NCBI GenBank assembly: GCA_050952645.1 | Contig: JBMNLI010000012.1 | Location: 64,001 to 128,000 of the forward strand | DNA: 64,000 nucleotides | Direction: 5' to 3' | DNA from: Bdellovibrionota bacterium | GTDB taxonomy: Bacteria; Bdellovibrionota_C; UBA2361; CAKMMH01 | Shown: positions 60,811 to 64,000 of the stretch, one piece after another | Layout: each line of letters opens with the position of its first letter | Position numbering within the stretch: the stretch's first letter is position 1 | Notes under the pieces: generated by a model | Told to the model about the DNA's origin: nothing | Seen by the model: only the letters and a program-made list of their open reading frames with translations | The model's database searches: none | Position numbers and translations under genes: made by a program

Positions 60811-63111
60811 ATGGTAACTAAAAGATTAAAATTAGCTCTTTGGTGGGAAAGGATAGAAACTCCATTAAGGCTTGCACTATTTATTTTAGGAGCATCTCTA
60901 TTTGCTCTAATAGTATACTGGGTATATTGGCAAAGACCTGAGTTCGAGATCGAAAATTTTAGTAGCAACTTAACTTTCTTTATTCTAATCAATTTAAATA
61001 TCGCATTATTATTCGTTTTTGCTTTTCTAGTAGCGAGAAATATTGTAAAACTCGTTTTTGATAGAAGACGAAACATTTTAGGTTCAAAATTAAAACAAAA
61101 ATTAATTTTTGCCTTCGGTGGTTTAACTTTAGTCCCTACGATAATTATCTTCGTTCTTTCTAGTGGTATGCTTAGCCATTCGATGGAAGAAATTTTTTCT
61201 AATAATATTTTAGAAACTATAAGTAGTGCAAACGACCTAGCACAAAGTTATTGTGAGATTATAGAAAATAATTTTGAAAATATTAGCAAAAAAATTGAAA
61301 AGAAAATAAATGATTTACATGGCGCTAATAGTGCAAAAACAATAAATAAAAATATAATAGATAATAAAAATAAAGATAATAAAAATAATAGAAAAAACAA
61401 TAATAGAAAAAACATAGAGGAGATTTTTTCTAATGTAATTGCAAGCGAGAAGATTTTTAATATTTCATTAGTCGATAAAGATAGTAATATTATTGCTAAT
61501 AGTTCTAAAGAAAATATTTTTAAAAAATATAATTTGCCATTAGATTTTAAAGCTGTAAGTGAAACGATTAGCAAAGGAGTTTCGAGATCGGTTTTTAATA
61601 ATGTTAAAGAGGCTCAAGTTATAAGATTTTATTATCCTATAAAATTAAATGGAGTAAGTTATGGCATAGTTTTAATGGGGCTGTTAGATGAGAATATAAA
61701 TAAGGCGTTGCTCAAAGTAGAAGAAACGTATAATGAATATCAAAATTTACTATTTCATAAAAATCCAATTCGTTCGAGTTATTTGTTAACTCTTGCTATG
61801 ATGACTATGCTTATTTTATTTGCTGCTATTTGGATCGCATTTTATATCGCAAAAGAGATTACTATACCGATAGAAAAATTAGCTAATGCTACAAAGCAAG
61901 TAGCACTTGGAGATTACGATTGTTCTATAAAAATAATAGGGGATGATGAGCTTTCATATTTAAGCCGTTCATTTAACACGATGCTTTCCGATTTAAAGCA
62001 ATCGAAAAATGAAACTGAAAGACATAGGCTTTTTATGGAAACGGTTCTTTCAAATTTAGCGGTAGGAGTTATAACGCTAGACAAAAACAGGAAGCTTATA
62101 GCTGTAAACTCCGCAGCTAGCGATATTTTAAGTATAAAATCGGGAGTTCATGATGGGACTAAGTCGTTAAATGATATATTTGATAAACATATAGCAGATA
62201 AACTTATAAATTTATTAAACGATGCATCGCTTATTTTAGATGAGTTTAGCGCAGGTATGACCGATACTGAGTTTACTATAAGGGCAGAGGGGAGGGAATA
62301 TCAAATAGTATGCACGGCAGGAGCTATAGTCGATAATGTAGGAGATACGCTAGGAAGTGTTTTAATTTTTGATGACGTTACGGATTTATCTCATGCACAA
62401 AAAATGGCGGCTTGGAGAGAGGTTGCAAGACGTATAGCACATGAAATTAAAAACCCACTTACTCCTATAAAATTATCTGCACAGAGAATTAAAGGGAACG
62501 CCACAAAGGATAATCTTCCAAAGCTTTACGAAGAAAGCTCTACGATGATAGTTGAGCAGGTAGAAATTATTAAAAGACTTATAGATGAGTTTTCAAATTT
62601 TGCAAGAATGCCAACCTCTTCGTTTGAAAGGGTAGATGTAGTTTCATTTTTAAAAGAGATTATTAGTTCATTTTCAGAAAATAATAGTGATATAGAGTTT
62701 ATATCAGATTTTGAAGAAAACGAGTTAGAGGTTTCGATAGATGTAGGGCAGATGAGATTAGTTCTTTTAAACTTATTTGAAAATGCTATGCAAGCTTTAA
62801 GAAATGGGAAAGTAAGTAATCCTAAAATACACGTTAAACTATCTTATTTAAAAAAGATAAAATCTTTTTCCATAGAGGTAGCGGATAATGGTCCTGGAAT
62901 TTCCGATTTCGATAAGACGAGAATTTTTGAGCCTTATTTTACGACTAAAGAAACTGGCACTGGTTTAGGCTTAGCTATCGTTACCTCTGTAATCTCAGAC
63001 CATAGAGGACGAATAAGAACGTTTGATAATAAACCTAAAGGCGCTAAATTTATTATTACGCTTCCAATTTTTCAATCCGACGCTAAGACTAAGACTCAGA
63101 GATTTAATTAG
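60811..63111 (+). CDS. NtrY-like HAMP/PAS sensor histidine kinase
   Basis: AWREVARRIAHEIKNPLTPI.LSAQR, EFS.FARMP, DNGPG, FEPYFTTK..GTGLGL motifs. Confidence 0.9.
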   Translation: MVTKRLKLALWWERIETPLRLALFILGASLFALIVYWVYWQRPEFEIENFSSNLTFFILINLNIALLFVFAFLVARNIVKLVFDRRRNILGSKLKQKLIFAFGGLTLVPTIIIFVLSSGMLSHSMEEIFSNNILETISSANDLAQSYCEIIENNFENISKKIEKKINDLHGANSAKTINKNIIDNKNKDNKNNRKNNNRKNIEEIFSNVIASEKIFNISLVDKDSNIIANSSKENIFKKYNLPLDFKAVSETISKGVSRSVFNNVKEAQVIRFYYPIKLNGVSYGIVLMGLLDENINKALLKVEETYNEYQNLLFHKNPIRSSYLLTLAMMTMLILFAAIWIAFYIAKEITIPIEKLANATKQVALGDYDCSIKIIGDDELSYLSRSFNTMLSDLKQSKNETERHRLFMETVLSNLAVGVITLDKNRKLIAVNSAASDILSIKSGVHDGTKSLNDIFDKHIADKLINLLNDASLILDEFSAGMTDTEFTIRAEGREYQIVCTAGAIVDNVGDTLGSVLIFDDVTDLSHAQKMAAWREVARRIAHEIKNPLTPIKLSAQRIKGNATKDNLPKLYEESSTMIVEQVEIIKRLIDEFSNFARMPTSSFERVDVVSFLKEIISSFSENNSDIEFISDFEENELEVSIDVGQMRLVLLNLFENAMQALRNGKVSNPKIHVKLSYLKKIKSFSIEVADNGPGISDFDKTRIFEPYFTTKETGTGLGLAIVTSVISDHRGRIRTFDNKPKGAKFIITLPIFQSDAKTKTQRFN

Positions 63112-63124
63112 AGAAGATTTTTTT

Positions 63125-63392
63125 GGCTCTTCACGTTTTGAGTGGGTTAGAGTCTATCTTCTAATGTAAATTGACAAAATTATTTTATAAAACTGTTGTT
63201 GTTTTATTAAAATAATAGTTAATTTTATTGGTAAAAATAAACATTAGAGTTGTTAGGAAAAGTTATCCATAACTGATAGCAAGACCGAGCAATTAAAAGC
63301 TAAAGGTCAGGCTGTGGATAACTTTCACAAAGACCTTACTAACAAAAATGGTGTCTTATTTCTCTCAACCCACTTAAAATGTGAAGAAGAGC
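63125..63392. repeat. ~270 bp element bounded by ~28 bp terminal inverted repeats of the dispersed family (MITE/REPIN-like)
   Basis: CTTCACGTTTTGAGTGGGTTAGAG ... CTCTCAACCCACTTAAAATGTGAAG; two internal hairpins. Confidence 0.65.
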
Positions 63393-63498
63393 TTAATTTA
63401 ATAATCCGTGAATCTATTTTTTATGTGATAGAAGGTCGTTTGATAATGCTCAAATATGTTTCTGATTGATTGTTAGTTAATTCAAAAAAATAGTTGAC

Positions 63499-63522
63499 TA
63501 TATATATATATATATATATATA
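63499..63522. repeat. (TA)12 microsatellite
   Basis: Direct reading. Confidence 0.9.
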
Positions 63523-63581
63523 ATTTTTTTGCTTGTATTAGAGTTAATAAAATTATTTTGAATTATATGGGAGAGAATATT

Positions 63582-63722
63582 ATGAATAGTAAGATATATG
63601 TAAGACCAGTAATTGTTGGGTGTTATGGTAAAAGTGGATGTTCAGTAGGAAATAAGTCTAATAAGACTGACAAAGATAACAATAAAGAAAGAAAAGACAA
63701 AAAAGATAATAATAAAAAATAA
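63582..63722 (+). CDS. 46 aa peptide, RiPP-precursor-like
   Basis: MNSKIYVRPVIVGCYGKSGCSVGNK...; GGAG SD upstream; below the ORF-track cutoff. Confidence 0.5.
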   Translation: MNSKIYVRPVIVGCYGKSGCSVGNKSNKTDKDNNKERKDKKDNNKK

Positions 63723-64000
63723 TAATATTTTTGCAACGAATTTTTTCCTATCAAATAAGGTGAACACTTCTTAATTAAGGTAAATTATTACGATAAGTTT
63801 TGCATTGAAATCTTTTTGATAAGAAGAATTTTTCTGTTATATGTTTTTGTGAATGAAGGAAAAATTTAGGTAATTATCATTAGTCAAGAAAATTTTTGTT
63901 TTTCTTATGCAAAACTAAGTTCTTTATTGTAATCAAGGTGTTTTAAAAAGAGCTTTGAAGAACTTTTCTGTTTTATGAGTAAGTATAAACTGATGAGATT

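Noticed and set aside
3137..61574. Numerous short antisense or nested ORFs in the track (e.g. 3137, 4937, 28927, 34392, 47167, 61248)
   Set aside because: They overlap well-supported genes, show reverse-complement amino-acid bias and have no motifs
63160..63330. Chromosomal oriC
   Set aside because: Only two DnaA-box-like sites, no dnaA/gidA context, and upstream genes are almost all on the + strand, which is not expected just before an origin

Overview
AT-rich (roughly 30% GC by eye) chromosomal segment of a Gram-negative, flagellated bacterium. Gene content (LptE, FlgK/L, Tad pilus, Cys-rich/Ca-binding surface proteins, Ser/Thr kinases) suggests, by inference only, a deltaproteobacterial or Bdellovibrionota-like lineage, possibly predatory. 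Almost all genes are on the + strand. Housekeeping genes: rplQ 3' end, lptE, tlyA, rplY, pth, rpsF, rplI (no rpsR), ispH, tsaD, rsmA, flgK, flgL, tRNA-Lys(CTT), porin, HIT, miaB, mutS, amidase, tRNA nucleotidyltransferase, dprA, yacG, sufS, ruvB and an NtrY-like kinase. Most interesting: (1) an unannotated ~450-500 nt multi-stem structured RNA between tlyA and rplY with its own promoter and terminator; (2) a ~19 kb cluster joining a secretin-less Tad/Flp operon to an SctV-type (non-flagellar T3SS-like) export gate, a pseudokinase, a FliN/SctQ-like protein, a Ser/Thr kinase-receiver, a PP2C and an FHA-like protein, several behind sigma28-like promoters; (3) an ArgRS-derived protein lacking the HIGH motif at the usual argS-SPOR position; (4) a family of dispersed palindromic repeats at gene 3' ends; (5) a short RiPP-precursor-like ORF at the window end. 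Seven single-base +1 insertions break otherwise intact genes (including ispH), which points to consensus sequence errors. All calls come from reading the sequence; no searches were run.
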